Sequence record: OY726582
Direction: 5' to 3' (one strand)
Length of the DNA: 64,000 bases
DNA from: Escherichia phage vB_Eco_NicPhage
The notes under the pieces were generated by a model, which was given only the letters and a program-made list of their open reading frames with translations, was not told where the DNA came from and did no database searches. Of the stretch, positions 25,912 to 37,859 are shown in pieces (position 1 is the first letter of the stretch; every line of letters starts with the position of its first letter). The translations under genes and the position numbers were made by a program.

Positions 25912-26487
25912 TTGTTATTTACATTCTTCGACCCAATAGGATATAGTGCTAAAACAGTTGATAAGAATGCACCTACTATTCCTATGACAGACATATTTCG
26001 TAACTATAAAGAGTACTTTAAGCGTGTTGCTGCCAATTATAGATTACGTTCTTATTATATTAAAGGCTCTCCGCGTCCTGAAGAACTAGCGAATATCATT
26101 TATGGCAACCCTCAATTATACTGGGTTCTTTTGATGTGCAACGATAACTACGACCCGTATTATGGTTGGATTACATCTCAGGAAGCAGCGTATCAAGCTT
26201 CTATTCAGAAATATGCTAATGCTGGCGGCGACCAAATTCTTTATCATATTAACGAGAACCGTGAGAAATTTTACAATTTGGTTTCATATCCTGACGAGCC
26301 TTTAGTGTGGTACGATAAAGGTGATGAAGCTCGTAAGTATCCGCAATATAAAGGACCTTTAGCTGCAGTAGATATTTATGAAGCGGCTGTATTAGATAAC
26401 GAAAAACTTCGTAAAATAAAAATTGTTGCAAAAGAAGATATAAACTCGTTTATTACTGATTTGATTCGTGAGATGGAGATTGCATAA
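25912..26487 (+). CDS. 53: baseplate wedge protein gp53
   Basis: 191 aa; begins MLFTFFDP; apparent TTG start 8 nt after AGGAG; stop overlaps gp5 ATG. Confidence 0.8.
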   Translation: MLFTFFDPIGYSAKTVDKNAPTIPMTDIFRNYKEYFKRVAANYRLRSYYIKGSPRPEELANIIYGNPQLYWVLLMCNDNYDPYYGWITSQEAAYQASIQKYANAGGDQILYHINENREKFYNLVSYPDEPLVWYDKGDEARKYPQYKGPLAAVDIYEAAVLDNEKLRKIKIVAKEDINSFITDLIREMEIA

Positions 26488-28220
26488 TGGAAATGATTAG
26501 CAGTAGCCTTAATTGGTTCGTGGGTGTTGTCGAGGACAGAATGGACCCATTAAAACAAGGGCGAGTTCGAGTTCGAGTCGTTGGTCTTCATCCAGCACAG
26601 AGAGCACAAGGTGATGTACAAGGTATTCCTACAGAAAAACTTCCATGGATGACTGTTATTCAACCTATTACGTCTGCATCAATGTCAGGTATTGGTGGTT
26701 CTGTTACAGGTCCTGTTGAAGGAACTCGAGTATATGGTCATTTCTTAGACAAATGGAAAACAAACGGGATTGTACTTGGTACATACGGTGGAATCGTACG
26801 TGAAAAGCCTAATAGACTTGAAGGTTTTTCAGACCCGACAGGCCAGTATCCACGACGTTTAGGTAATGATACGAACGTATTAAACCAAGGTGGTGAAGCT
26901 GGTTATTATTCAAACTCTAACGTAATTCAAGATAACAACTTGGATTATGGTATAAACCCAGATGATACAGATTTAGCAAATATTCCAGAAGATGATGACC
27001 CTAATTTTACAATAACAGAAATGTTACGTCGTGACGAAGGTCTTCGTGATAAAGTGTATTGGGACCATCTCGGATATCCTACCGTAGGTATTGGACACCT
27101 TATCGTAATGGAAAAGACCCGAGATATGTCTCGAATTAATAAATTGTTATCCGATCAAGTAGGGCGTGAAGTAACAGGAAATCCGGGAACTATTACATTA
27201 GAAGAAGCAACAGCGTTATTTGAGAAAGACCTTGCTAAGATGCAGAAAGATATTCGTTCTAATTCTAAAGTAGGTCCTGTTTATGCTAAAATGAACAGAT
27301 CTCGCCAAATGGCATTAGAAAACATGTGCTTCCAGATGGGTGTTGGTGGTGTAGCAAAATTCAATACTATGCTTAAAGCAATGGCCGAAGGTGATTGGAA
27401 AACTGCATACAAATCTGGACGCGATTCATTATGGTTCCAACAGACTAAAGGACGCGCTTCACGTGTAACAACAATTATTTTAACAGGTAACATGGAATCA
27501 TACGGTGTTCCTGTTAAAACACCGCCTTCACCAGGAGTTGGTGCCGATTTAGTTACTAGAAATACCGATCCAGAAGACCCGGCTGGTCCTCCTGTTCCAT
27601 TAGATTCACGCATCCTTTTTAAAGAACCGGAATCAAGTTATCGTGGTGAGTATCCATACGTTCATGCTATGGAAACAGAAAGCGGTCATATCCAAGAATT
27701 TGACGATACTCCAGGTAATGAACGTTATCGCTTAGTTCATCCAACAGGGTCATATGAGGAAGTTTCTCCGTCTGGGCGTCGTACTCGTAAAACTGTAGAA
27801 GACCTTTTTGACATCACTAATGGCGATGGGAACTTTTTGATTTCTGGCGATAAGCTTGTTAACGTTGGTGCTAATGAAATATATTATAACATGGCAGACC
27901 GCCTCCATCAAATAGACGGCAATGACACAATCTTTATTCGTGGTAATCAATCTAAAACTGTTGAAGGCGATGGAACTCTTTACGTTAAGGGTAATATCAA
28001 AATAGTTGTTGACGGAAATGCAGATATTCTTGTTAAAGGTGATGCAAAAACTCAGGTCGAAGGGAATCATGATTACACCGTCAACGGAAACGTTAAATGG
28101 ACTGTTAATGGTAATGTTGATATGACTGTTGCCGGGGATTGGGCAGAAACAATGTCTACAATGAGCTCAGTAGCTTCAGGACAATACACCGTTGACGGAT
28201 CTCGTATTGATATTGGGTAA
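26487..28220 (+). CDS. 5: baseplate hub + tail lysozyme gp5
   Basis: 577 aa; N-terminal OB domain, central T4-lysozyme-like domain (TVGIGHL...), C-terminal VxGxxxxx beta-helix repeats. Confidence 0.95.
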   Translation: MEMISSSLNWFVGVVEDRMDPLKQGRVRVRVVGLHPAQRAQGDVQGIPTEKLPWMTVIQPITSASMSGIGGSVTGPVEGTRVYGHFLDKWKTNGIVLGTYGGIVREKPNRLEGFSDPTGQYPRRLGNDTNVLNQGGEAGYYSNSNVIQDNNLDYGINPDDTDLANIPEDDDPNFTITEMLRRDEGLRDKVYWDHLGYPTVGIGHLIVMEKTRDMSRINKLLSDQVGREVTGNPGTITLEEATALFEKDLAKMQKDIRSNSKVGPVYAKMNRSRQMALENMCFQMGVGGVAKFNTMLKAMAEGDWKTAYKSGRDSLWFQQTKGRASRVTTIILTGNMESYGVPVKTPPSPGVGADLVTRNTDPEDPAGPPVPLDSRILFKEPESSYRGEYPYVHAMETESGHIQEFDDTPGNERYRLVHPTGSYEEVSPSGRRTRKTVEDLFDITNGDGNFLISGDKLVNVGANEIYYNMADRLHQIDGNDTIFIRGNQSKTVEGDGTLYVKGNIKIVVDGNADILVKGDAKTQVEGNHDYTVNGNVKWTVNGNVDMTVAGDWAETMSTMSSVASGQYTVDGSRIDIG

Positions 28221-28223
28221 TAT

Positions 28224-28739
28224 ATGGCACAAATACTTCCTTTAAATACCGACTTAGGAGAAGACATGGAAGGGGCGTCAATAGACGCCCTTTTTACTCC
28301 ACAGTTAGAAACAACCGAAACTTTAGTGTCAATAAATATAACAGATTATGAACCGACACAAGGCATTACGGTAGATGGTAATCGTTTATATGGAACATAT
28401 GAAAGTGTGTTTAGCTTTTCTTCGGACGCATTGAAATACCGATTAAATGATGATTTTGAAACCGCATCTTCATGGGATGATTTACCAAAAGATGAGTCCA
28501 CACAGTTATATTTGTGGAGAGCTCCTCAGAATCTTCGTAAAGTGTTTAGTTATACGGTTGAAATGATTTATAACTACCAAGAAGAAAGTTCATCAGGCGG
28601 TTCTAGAAGTGACTCTGGTACAGAACCTCCACCGGCTCCAGTACAAAAAACTCTTACTAAGGTTTATACAAAAACTATAGTAGGAAATTGGAGCAAATGG
28701 GCTCATCAATTACGAAACTATGTTTATGTGAGGCCGTGA
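28224..28739 (+). CDS. 5.1: gp5.1 baseplate-associated protein
   Basis: 171 aa; position directly after gene 5. Confidence 0.7.
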   Translation: MAQILPLNTDLGEDMEGASIDALFTPQLETTETLVSINITDYEPTQGITVDGNRLYGTYESVFSFSSDALKYRLNDDFETASSWDDLPKDESTQLYLWRAPQNLRKVFSYTVEMIYNYQEESSSGGSRSDSGTEPPPAPVQKTLTKVYTKTIVGNWSKWAHQLRNYVYVRP

Positions 28740-28741
28740 AA

Positions 28742-29035
28742 ATGTCTGGCTTAAGTTACGACAAGTGCGTTACAACAGGTCATGAAGCATGGCCTCCTAC
28801 TGTAATAAATGCTTCCCAATCTAAAGTGTTCACCGGCGGTATTCCTGTTCTTGTGGCAGGAGACCAAATAACACCTCATACAGAAATTAAAAAACCATAC
28901 GAGACTCATGGAGGTGTTACTGAACCTCGTACATCTAAAGTATACGTCACCGGTAAAAAGGCCGTTCAAATGGCTGACCCAATTTCATGCGGGGATACTG
29001 TTTCTCAGGCCTCGTCAAAAGTCTTTATAAAATAG
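28742..29035 (+). CDS. 5.4: gp5.4 PAAR-like spike tip protein
   Basis: Track ORF trimmed to ATG at 28742 (MSGLSYDKC); about 97 aa; position before gene 6. Confidence 0.7.
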   Translation: MSGLSYDKCVTTGHEAWPPTVINASQSKVFTGGIPVLVAGDQITPHTEIKKPYETHGGVTEPRTSKVYVTGKKAVQMADPISCGDTVSQASSKVFIK

Positions 29036-29043
29036 GAATTAAA

Positions 29044-31017
29044 ATGGCAAACACTCCTGTAAATTATCAATTAACCCGAACAGCGAATGCTATTCCCGAG
29101 ATTTTTATCGGGGGCACATTTGCCGAAATAAAACAAAACATTATCGAATGGCTCCATGGACAGAATGAATTTCTTGATTATGATTTTGAAGGTTCACGCT
29201 TAAATGTATTGTGCGACCTTTTAGCATATAACACTCTTTACATCCAACAGTTCAGTAATAGTGCAGTGTATGAAAGTTTTATGCGTACTGCAAACTTGCG
29301 TAGTTCTGTTGTACAAGCGGCTCAAGATAACGGATATCTGCCTTCATCTAAATCAGCAGCACAAACAGAAATTATGCTAACATGTACAGATGCATTAAAT
29401 AGAAACTATATCACCATTCCACGTGGCACTCGTTTCTTAGCATACGCTAAAGATACTTCTGTTAACCCGTATAACTTTGTTTCTACTGAAGATGTCATTG
29501 TAGTTAAAGACAAAAATAACCAATATTTTCCACGTCTTCGATTAGCTCAAGGACGTATTGTTCGCACTGAATTAACATTTGATAGATTAAAACCTATCAT
29601 TATTCGTGATAAGAATATTGACCGTAATTTGGTTAAGTTGTATGTTGACGGAGCAGAATGGATTAACTGGACTCGTAAGTCGATGGTTCACGCTGGTTCT
29701 ACGTCAACAATCTATTATATGCGTGAAACAGTTGATGGGAACACCGAATTTTATTTTGGTGAAGGCGAAATCTCTATTAACACGTCAGAAGGTGCGTTAA
29801 CATCTAACTATATTGGTGGCCTTAAACCTGTTCAGGGTTCTAAAATCGTAATTGAGTATATTTCTACTAATGGCGCAGATGCTAACGGTGCTGTAGGATT
29901 TTCTTATGCTGATACATTAGCTAATATCACGGTAATAGATATTAATGAGAACCCTAGCAATAACCCAGACTTTGTTGGGGCCGACGGCGGTGGTGACCCT
30001 GAAGATATTGAACGTATCCGCGAATTAGGCACAATTAAACGCGAAACTCAACAACGTTGTGTAACCGCTTCCGACTATGACACATTCGTTTCTGAGCGGT
30101 TTGGTTCTATTATTCAGGCGGTTCAAACATTCACAGATTCATCTAAACCAGGGTACGCATATATTGCTGCTAAGCCTAAATCTGGATTGTATTTGACTTC
30201 TGTCCAACGTGATGATATCAAAAACTATTTGAATGATTATAACTTAGGGACTATTACACCTGTTGTTATTTCGCCTGATTATTTGTTTATCAAAATGAAT
30301 ATCAAAGTTACATACGCGTTGAATAAACTTCAAGAATCAGAGCAATATCTTGAAGGGCAAATTATTAATAAAATTGACCGATATTATATTGAAGATGTAG
30401 AAATTTTTAACTCATCGTTTGCAAAATCTAAAATGCTAACTTATGTCGATGATGCAGATATTTCTATTATTGGTTCTTCAGCTACTATTCAAATGGTTCG
30501 CGAAGTACAAAACTTCTATAAAACGCCTGAGGCCGGTATTAAATACAATAATCAGATTAAAGATAGATCGATGGAATCTAATATATTCTCGTTTGATTCG
30601 CACAGACCTAATCCAGAAAATGCAAACGAAACTATTAAATATGGTGTTCGCATAGTATCTTCTGACCGTAATGACCGTGGCATAGGTCAAGTTATTATTG
30701 GTCCATTTGCGGACGGTGATGTTGTTGAAAACGAAAATATACAACCTTATACAGGTAATGATTTTAATAAACTTACTGTTACTGACGGACGAAACAAATA
30801 CTATTCAATTGGTGAAGTGAATTATCCTGCCGATTCGATTTATTGGAACATTGCTAAAATTGACCTCACTTCAGACCGTTTTGAAGTTCAAACAATTGAA
30901 CTTTATTCCGACCCTGCAGATGATATTATTTTTACAAAGGATGGTTCTTTAATCGTATTCGAAAATGACTTACGTCCTCAGTACTTAACTATAGATTTGG
31001 AGCCTATTTCACAATGA
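29044..31017 (+). CDS. 6: baseplate wedge protein gp6
   Basis: Start at MANTPVNYQLTRTA; about 657 aa; synteny. Confidence 0.9.
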   Translation: MANTPVNYQLTRTANAIPEIFIGGTFAEIKQNIIEWLHGQNEFLDYDFEGSRLNVLCDLLAYNTLYIQQFSNSAVYESFMRTANLRSSVVQAAQDNGYLPSSKSAAQTEIMLTCTDALNRNYITIPRGTRFLAYAKDTSVNPYNFVSTEDVIVVKDKNNQYFPRLRLAQGRIVRTELTFDRLKPIIIRDKNIDRNLVKLYVDGAEWINWTRKSMVHAGSTSTIYYMRETVDGNTEFYFGEGEISINTSEGALTSNYIGGLKPVQGSKIVIEYISTNGADANGAVGFSYADTLANITVIDINENPSNNPDFVGADGGGDPEDIERIRELGTIKRETQQRCVTASDYDTFVSERFGSIIQAVQTFTDSSKPGYAYIAAKPKSGLYLTSVQRDDIKNYLNDYNLGTITPVVISPDYLFIKMNIKVTYALNKLQESEQYLEGQIINKIDRYYIEDVEIFNSSFAKSKMLTYVDDADISIIGSSATIQMVREVQNFYKTPEAGIKYNNQIKDRSMESNIFSFDSHRPNPENANETIKYGVRIVSSDRNDRGIGQVIIGPFADGDVVENENIQPYTGNDFNKLTVTDGRNKYYSIGEVNYPADSIYWNIAKIDLTSDRFEVQTIELYSDPADDIIFTKDGSLIVFENDLRPQYLTIDLEPISQ

Positions 31018-34000
31018 CAGTAAAAGCGCCAGCAGTCACAAGTCTCAGAATATCCAAGTTGTCCGCTAACCAAGTTCAAATACGCTGGGATGACGTTGGT
31101 GCTAATTTCTACTATTTCGTAGAAATCGCTGAGACTAAAACGGCAGACGGGGGAATAATTCCCCCTGCCAGCTACAGATGGATAAATTTAGGATATACTC
31201 CTAATAGCAACTGGTTCGAAAGTAGCTTAGACCCATTAACTTCTTATATTATTCGTGTATCAACTGCCGCCGAAGGCTTCGAGAGATCTGATTGGGTATA
31301 TACCGAAATATTTGAATCATTTCAGACTAACGCGTATACATTTCAACATATGATTGAAATGCAATTGGCTAACACTTTTATTAGAGAAAAATTTACAAAT
31401 AACAACATGTCTTATGTCGATTTTAATAACGACACTATAATGGCAGCTCTAATGAATGAATCGTTCCAATTTAGCCCTGCTTATGCGGATATTTCATCTA
31501 TTAAAAATTTCATTATTGGCGAAAATGAGTATCATGAAATTCAAGGTTCGATTCAACAGGTGTGTCATGATATAAACCGTGTTTATTTGATGGAATCCGA
31601 AGGAATTCTTTATTTGTTTGAACGATATCAGCCTGTGGTTAAAGTCTCTAATGATAAGGGACAAACCTGGAAATCGGTTAAATTGTTTAATGACCGTGTA
31701 GGGTACCCTGTATCAAGAACAGTGTATTACCAGACAGGTTATACCACGTATGTTCTTGGGTATGATAAATTATTTTACGGCCGTAAATCAACTGACGTTC
31801 GTTGGTCTGCTGATGATGTGAGATTTAGTTCTCAAGATATAACATTTGCTAAAATTGGTGACCAGTTAAATTTAGGATTTGATGTAGAAATATTTGGTAA
31901 CTACGCATCATTACCTGCTAACGTATCACGTATTGCAGAAGCTATCGTTTGCAACGACGATTATGTATACGTTGCTGCTCGAGATAAAGTTCGTTTTATT
32001 AAAACTAGTAATGCCCCTATTGATTCAGACCCGTTATCTCCGACATATTCCGAACGTTTGTTTGAACAAGAAACATTTAACATCACAGGTAACCCTAAGG
32101 CAGTTTGCTATAAAATGGATTCTGTTGGCGGTAAAATATTTGCACTGATTATCGGCGAAGTTGTTAATCTTAATGACGACCCGAGGACCACTCCTATTGT
32201 TGATTCTGCTGATAAGGGCGTTTACGTTCTAGACCATGATGCTGGCACATTTAAACGTGTGTTTGGTAATACTGAAGAAGAACGCCGTCGTATTGAACCT
32301 GGGTACACCAGTATGTCTACTGATGGTGTTGAGTTATCTATTTCATCTAGTAATTTTAAATTTCTAGAATCGGATATTGTTGATGACCCAAAAACACAAA
32401 TCAAGTACGGTTTAATCGGTGCTGTTAAATATGAGTATCCTCGCGAATGGTTGGCTGATAAACATTATCATATGATGGCATTTATTTCAACTGAAGACTC
32501 TCAATGGGAATCGTTCACTCCTCAACCGATGGAATACTATGCTGAGCCATTCTTTAGTTATTCTAGAAAGTCCGGTACTCGATGTTGGATTAATAACTCA
32601 GACAAGGCTGTTGTAATTTATTCTGATTTACTTTACACTAAGGTTATTGAGAATCATCCACTTAGTTCTTCAGACCGTGAAGTTCATGAATATTGGAAGG
32701 ACGGTGACTGTACAATAGTGATGCCTAACGTAGATTTCACCGGATTTAAAAAATATGCATCCGGCATGATTTTCTATAAATCATCAGGTGAGATTATTTC
32801 TTATTATGATTTTAGTTATCGTGTTAGAGATAATGTTTCTATAATTTGGAAGCCTACTAATATATTCTTAACAGCATCGTTACAAAACCAAGAAAAAGAT
32901 ACCACATGGACTCCTGTAGAAGAGAACGGTATTGCAGACCCAGATTTACGACCATTGCTCACTACAATGATGCCGGAGTCTTATCTTTTAGATAATACAA
33001 ACTTCGAAGCATTCTGCGAGGCTTATATTCAGTATCTTTCTGATGGTTATGGGACCCATTATAACAACCTTTTAAATCTTATTAAAAATCAATATCCGCG
33101 CGAAGAACATGCGTGGGAATATTTATGGTCTGAGATTTATAAACGAAACATTTACTTAAACGCCGAAAAACGCGATTTAGTGTCTCGTTTCTTTGAATCA
33201 AGAAGTTATGACTTCTATTCAACTAAAGGAACTGAAGCGTCATATAAATTCTTGTTTAAAGTGCTTTATAACGAAGATGTTGAAATTGAAATTGAATCTA
33301 GTTCCGGGACCGAATATGATATCATCATTGAATCTGATTCGTTGACAGAAGATTTGGTCGGACAAACCATATACACCGCTACAGGACGTTGTAATGTGAC
33401 GTATATCGAGAGAAGTTACTCTAAAGGTAAATTACAATGGACTGTAACAATTCACAACCTCTTAGGTCGTTTAATCCAAGGACAGGAAGTTAAAGCTGAA
33501 AGACTCCCTGGTTTTGAAGGTGAAATTGTTCGTGGTATTAAAGGTAAAGAGCTTTCTCAGAACAACATCGATTACATAAATCGTGGTAGAGCATACTACG
33601 TAATGAAGATTAAATCTAAACTTCCATCATCTCGTTGGAAATCAGACGTATTACGTTTTGTTCATCCGGTTGGATTTGGATTTATCGCAATTACCCTTCT
33701 CACAATGTTTATTAACACCGGATTAACACTTAAACATGTTGAAACCATTATTAATAAATACAAAAACTATAAGTGGGATTCTGGATTACCGACTAAATAT
33801 GCAGACCGAGTGGCTAAATTAGACCCACAAGGAAATGTTGAGTTTGACCCTATTACAGGTAAAGCGATATATGAAATAGGCCCTATGGCTGGTCAAGATT
33901 ATCCATTACCTGAAGATTATAACGCTGAAAACAATAACTCCATATTTCAAGGTCAACTTCCATCGGAACGACGTAAACTGATGAGCCCATTATTTGATGC

Positions 34001-34112
34001 GTCCGGAACAACATTCTCTAGATTTAGAGATTTGGTTGAACAACGGTTAATCGATACTGTAGGAAATCCAAGAGACCCCGTGAATCCACCACAGGTTAAA
34101 TTAGATGAATGA
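31014..34112 (+). CDS. 7: baseplate wedge initiator gp7
   Basis: 1032 aa, same length as T4 gp7; synteny. Confidence 0.9.
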   Translation: MTVKAPAVTSLRISKLSANQVQIRWDDVGANFYYFVEIAETKTADGGIIPPASYRWINLGYTPNSNWFESSLDPLTSYIIRVSTAAEGFERSDWVYTEIFESFQTNAYTFQHMIEMQLANTFIREKFTNNNMSYVDFNNDTIMAALMNESFQFSPAYADISSIKNFIIGENEYHEIQGSIQQVCHDINRVYLMESEGILYLFERYQPVVKVSNDKGQTWKSVKLFNDRVGYPVSRTVYYQTGYTTYVLGYDKLFYGRKSTDVRWSADDVRFSSQDITFAKIGDQLNLGFDVEIFGNYASLPANVSRIAEAIVCNDDYVYVAARDKVRFIKTSNAPIDSDPLSPTYSERLFEQETFNITGNPKAVCYKMDSVGGKIFALIIGEVVNLNDDPRTTPIVDSADKGVYVLDHDAGTFKRVFGNTEEERRRIEPGYTSMSTDGVELSISSSNFKFLESDIVDDPKTQIKYGLIGAVKYEYPREWLADKHYHMMAFISTEDSQWESFTPQPMEYYAEPFFSYSRKSGTRCWINNSDKAVVIYSDLLYTKVIENHPLSSSDREVHEYWKDGDCTIVMPNVDFTGFKKYASGMIFYKSSGEIISYYDFSYRVRDNVSIIWKPTNIFLTASLQNQEKDTTWTPVEENGIADPDLRPLLTTMMPESYLLDNTNFEAFCEAYIQYLSDGYGTHYNNLLNLIKNQYPREEHAWEYLWSEIYKRNIYLNAEKRDLVSRFFESRSYDFYSTKGTEASYKFLFKVLYNEDVEIEIESSSGTEYDIIIESDSLTEDLVGQTIYTATGRCNVTYIERSYSKGKLQWTVTIHNLLGRLIQGQEVKAERLPGFEGEIVRGIKGKELSQNNIDYINRGRAYYVMKIKSKLPSSRWKSDVLRFVHPVGFGFIAITLLTMFINTGLTLKHVETIINKYKNYKWDSGLPTKYADRVAKLDPQGNVEFDPITGKAIYEIGPMAGQDYPLPEDYNAENNNSIFQGQLPSERRKLMSPLFDASGTTFSRFRDLVEQRLIDTVGNPRDPVNPPQVKLDE

Positions 34113-35109
34113 TTCAAGTGTTATCTATCGTGCAATAGTTACATCAAAATTTAGAACAGAGAAAATGCTGAATTTTTATAATTCAGTTGGGGATGGAGAC
34201 GATAAGAACTCCATTTATATTACGTTTGGACGTTCAGAGCCTTGGGCGTCAAATGAAAATGAGGTGGGCTTCGCCCCACCTTATCCTACAGATTCTGTTC
34301 TTGGTGTTACTGATATGTGGACCCATATGATGGGTACCGTTAAAGTTTTACCTTCAATGTTAGATTCTGTTATTCCTAGGCGTGATTGGGGAGATGTGCG
34401 ATATCCAGACCCTTACACGTTTAGAATTAACGATATAGTCGCATGTAATACTGCTCCGTACAACGCGACAGAAGTTGGAGCCGGTTGGTTAATTTACCGT
34501 TGTTTAGACGTCCCTGACGTAGGGCTCTGTTCAATAGAATCTTTAGATAATAAAGATGAATGTCTTAAATTAGGTGGTAAATGGACCCCGTCTGTTCGTT
34601 CTATGTCTCCTCCTGAAGGCAGAGGCGATGCTAATGGGGTTATCGAAACCGGTGATGGATATATTTGGGAATACCTTTATGAGATTCCTGCCGATGTGTC
34701 AATTAACCGTTGCACTAACGAATATCTTGTAGTTCCATGGCCGGAAGAAATTAAAGAAGACCCCACCCGTTGGGGATATGAAAATAACTTAACTTGGCAA
34801 CAAGATGACTACGGCTTGATTTACCGTGTTAAAGCTAATACGATGCGCTTTAAAGCATATTTTGATTCGGTTTATTTCCCTGAGGCAGCTTTGCCTGGTA
34901 ACAAGGGGTTTAGACAGATATCAATTATCGCAAACCCATTAGAAGCTAAGAAAAATCCAAATGACCCTAATGTTAAAGCAGAAAAGGATTATTACGACCC
35001 TAGAGACCTACAACGTCATTCTGGTGAAATGATTTATATGGAAAACCGCCCACCTGTTATTATGGCAATGGACCAAACAGAAGAAATTAACATTTTGTTT
35101 ATGTTTTAA
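34105..35109 (+). CDS. 8: baseplate wedge protein gp8
   Basis: 334 aa as in T4; synteny. Confidence 0.9.
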   Translation: MNDSSVIYRAIVTSKFRTEKMLNFYNSVGDGDDKNSIYITFGRSEPWASNENEVGFAPPYPTDSVLGVTDMWTHMMGTVKVLPSMLDSVIPRRDWGDVRYPDPYTFRINDIVACNTAPYNATEVGAGWLIYRCLDVPDVGLCSIESLDNKDECLKLGGKWTPSVRSMSPPEGRGDANGVIETGDGYIWEYLYEIPADVSINRCTNEYLVVPWPEEIKEDPTRWGYENNLTWQQDDYGLIYRVKANTMRFKAYFDSVYFPEAALPGNKGFRQISIIANPLEAKKNPNDPNVKAEKDYYDPRDLQRHSGEMIYMENRPPVIMAMDQTEEINILFMF

Positions 35110-35110
35110 T

Positions 35111-35138
35111 TAGGGAGCCTTCGGGCTCCCATTTTTGT
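35111..35138 (+). terminator. rho-independent terminator after gene 8
   Basis: GGGAGCC-TTCG-GGCTCCC + ATTTTTG. Confidence 0.7.
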
Positions 35139-35141
35139 ATC

Positions 35142-35149
35142 TATAAATA
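35142..35149 (+). promoter_or_regulatory. late promoter TATAAATA (gene 9)
   Basis: Exact consensus after gp8 terminator. Confidence 0.65.
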
Positions 35150-35181
35150 GAATATAATATCGGACAACAAAAGGCAGAATT

Positions 35182-36054
35182 ATGGCATTTTTTAAGCAAA
35201 CTCCTAAACAATTAATCGATACCGGCGAAATTGGTAATGCCTCAACAGGTGATATCTTATTCGACGGTGGTAATAAAATAAATGACGATATCAACGCTAT
35301 TTACAATGCATTTGGCGATCAACGTAAAATGGCCGTAGCAGATGGAACCGGACCTACAGGTCAAACTATTCATGCCACAGGTTATTATCAAAAAGGAAAG
35401 GCGATCGATTATCAAACTCCTATTAAACCCGGCACCATGCATGATATTGATGCTTCTGATGGCGGTGTGATTGTTATTATTGACCGTCCTGAATTAGGTG
35501 ATTCTGTAGAATTCATAAACTCTAATGGGTCTATTTCTGTTAACAATCCTTTAAGTATCCAAGTAACCGATGGTTCAATTAAAGGTGTTCTTAATAATCT
35601 TGTTATTTCCACCCCTTATACCCATGTTGTTCTTCGTTGTGTTGAACTTAACGGGCCAACTTCAGTATGGAATTATTCTACTGATAGCATGTTTGGGCAG
35701 AAAGAATCTCCTGTCGATGGGACTTGGAGTCTTACAGGAAACTCAGTTTCTATTCCTCTGTTTTATCGCACAGATTATAATATGGCTAAATTGCTTGTTA
35801 CATGCCAATCCGCCGACGGTAGAAAAATAAAAACATGCGAAATAAATATTCTAATAGATACAATTAACTCAGAAGTTCTTTCTACTGAATTTGCAGTAAT
35901 GCGAGTTGGTAATGTAGATGAAACCGACGAGATTGCTAATATTAGCTTTAGTATTATTAACAACTTTGCTACTATGACGATTACATCCGATATTATTGGA
36001 TTACGTTCAGCAGTTAAAATTATCTCAACTCAGAAAATTGGGGTCGCTCAATAA
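35182..36054 (+). CDS. 9: baseplate wedge / long tail fiber socket gp9
   Basis: 290 aa; late promoter TATAAATA upstream. Confidence 0.9.
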   Translation: MAFFKQTPKQLIDTGEIGNASTGDILFDGGNKINDDINAIYNAFGDQRKMAVADGTGPTGQTIHATGYYQKGKAIDYQTPIKPGTMHDIDASDGGVIVIIDRPELGDSVEFINSNGSISVNNPLSIQVTDGSIKGVLNNLVISTPYTHVVLRCVELNGPTSVWNYSTDSMFGQKESPVDGTWSLTGNSVSIPLFYRTDYNMAKLLVTCQSADGRKIKTCEINILIDTINSEVLSTEFAVMRVGNVDETDEIANISFSIINNFATMTITSDIIGLRSAVKIISTQKIGVAQ

Positions 36055-37859
36055 TGAAACAAAATATTAAAATTGGTAACGTCGTTGATGACGGACAAGG
36101 CGATTACCTTCGTCGAGGTGGTGAAAAAATAAATGAGAACTTTGACGAAATCTATTATGAATTAGGTGATGGTGAAGTTCCTTATGCCGCTGGCGCATGG
36201 AAGACTTATGATGCGGCTGATGGTCTTAATCTTAAGGCCGCTTGGGGTAAATCTTATGCAATTAATACTACTTCTGGGCGAGTTTCGGTAAATCTTCCTA
36301 AAGGTACAATTGCAGACTATAATAAAGTTATTCGTGCTCGTGACGTATTTGCAACTTGGAACATTAACCCTGTTACTTTAATTCCGGCAAACGGAGACAC
36401 GATTAAAGGTTCTTCATCTCCAGTAGAAATTAACGTTCAGTTCTCTGATTTAGAATTAGTTTATTGTGCTCCTGGACGTTGGGAATACATCAAGAACAAA
36501 CAAATTGATAAAATAGTTAGCTCTGACATTAGTAATGTTGCTCGTAGAGAATATCTGGTTGAAACCCAAGGTCAGACCGATTTCATGGATGTTTTTAACG
36601 GGACCTCTTATAACGTTAACAACATTCGCGTAAAACATCGTGGCAACGAATTATATTATGGTGATGTGTTCAGTGATAATAGTGATTTTGGTTCTCCTGG
36701 TGCTAATCCTGGTGAACTGGTTGCACTTGATGGATTTAATATTAGATTACGCCAACCATGTAATGTTGGGGACACTGTACAAATTGAGACATTCCTAGAT
36801 GGTGTTTCTCAGTGGCGTAGTTCATATACTCGTCGCCAAGTTCGCATTTTAGATAGTAAATTGACTGCTAAAAAGTCTATTGACGGAAGTATTTACGTCA
36901 CTGATTTGAGTACGTTCCGGTCTATTCCATTTACAGCATTTGGTATTAATCCTACAGAACCACCTAACCCGAATTCATTAGAAGTTCGCTTCAATGGTAT
37001 TCTCCAAGAATTAGCTGGTACTGTTGGAACTCCTATTTTCCGTTGTGAAGGTGTGGATGCTGATTCTGAAGAGTCATGCGCTAATCTCGGTGGGACATGG
37101 ACTCAATCGTATACAGATTATGCGATTGAATATACTGATAATATCCCTAGCGCAATTCTGTTTGACCGTCAATTTGAAGACCAAGACATTATTACCATCA
37201 CATGGTTTAATAACGATTTAGGAACTCTTCTTGAAATGGAAGAAATTCTTGATGTCGCTGATGAGAAATATGTTTCTCAAGGGTCTAACATTGAAATTAC
37301 TGGTGACGTTGCATTAACCGATTTCGATAAAATTGGATGGCCTAATGTAGAACCTGTTCCTAAGTATGAACGTGAATTCTCGACTATCTCAGCAATATTT
37401 GATACAATTTATCCTGTCGGGACTATTTACGAAAATGCGGTTAACCCTAATAATCCGGCCACTTATTTAGGTTTTGGTTCATGGAAAATTTGGGGACAAG
37501 GCAAAGTATTAGCAGGTTGGAATGACGACGCGTCGGATCCTAATTTTGCATTAAATAATAATGACCTTGACGTCAATGGTAACCCTACTCATACTGCAGG
37601 TGGTACCGTTGGTGTAACAACCATCACATTAGAAAATGCTGATTTACCAGCTACACAAACCGATGAAAAGGTTCTTATTTCTGATGATAATGGTACAGTA
37701 ATTATAGGCGGTTGCCAATACGACCCGGATGAAGAAGGTCCTATTTACACTAAATATCGTGAAGACCATGCAAAGACTAATGAATCTCATGTTCCAGCGC
37801 GTTCTATAACTAATATTCAGCCATCTATAACTGTATACCGTTGGGTAAGGATTGCATAA
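36054..37859 (+). CDS. 10: baseplate wedge / short tail fiber attachment gp10
   Basis: 601 aa; synteny. Confidence 0.9.
   Translation: MKQNIKIGNVVDDGQGDYLRRGGEKINENFDEIYYELGDGEVPYAAGAWKTYDAADGLNLKAAWGKSYAINTTSGRVSVNLPKGTIADYNKVIRARDVFATWNINPVTLIPANGDTIKGSSSPVEINVQFSDLELVYCAPGRWEYIKNKQIDKIVSSDISNVARREYLVETQGQTDFMDVFNGTSYNVNNIRVKHRGNELYYGDVFSDNSDFGSPGANPGELVALDGFNIRLRQPCNVGDTVQIETFLDGVSQWRSSYTRRQVRILDSKLTAKKSIDGSIYVTDLSTFRSIPFTAFGINPTEPPNPNSLEVRFNGILQELAGTVGTPIFRCEGVDADSEESCANLGGTWTQSYTDYAIEYTDNIPSAILFDRQFEDQDIITITWFNNDLGTLLEMEEILDVADEKYVSQGSNIEITGDVALTDFDKIGWPNVEPVPKYEREFSTISAIFDTIYPVGTIYENAVNPNNPATYLGFGSWKIWGQGKVLAGWNDDASDPNFALNNNDLDVNGNPTHTAGGTVGVTTITLENADLPATQTDEKVLISDDNGTVIIGGCQYDPDEEGPIYTKYREDHAKTNESHVPARSITNIQPSITVYRWVRIA

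Noticed and set aside
27281-27613. Minus-strand 110-aa ORF inside gene 5
   Set aside because: Embedded antisense in the well-supported gp5 coding sequence; no start context.
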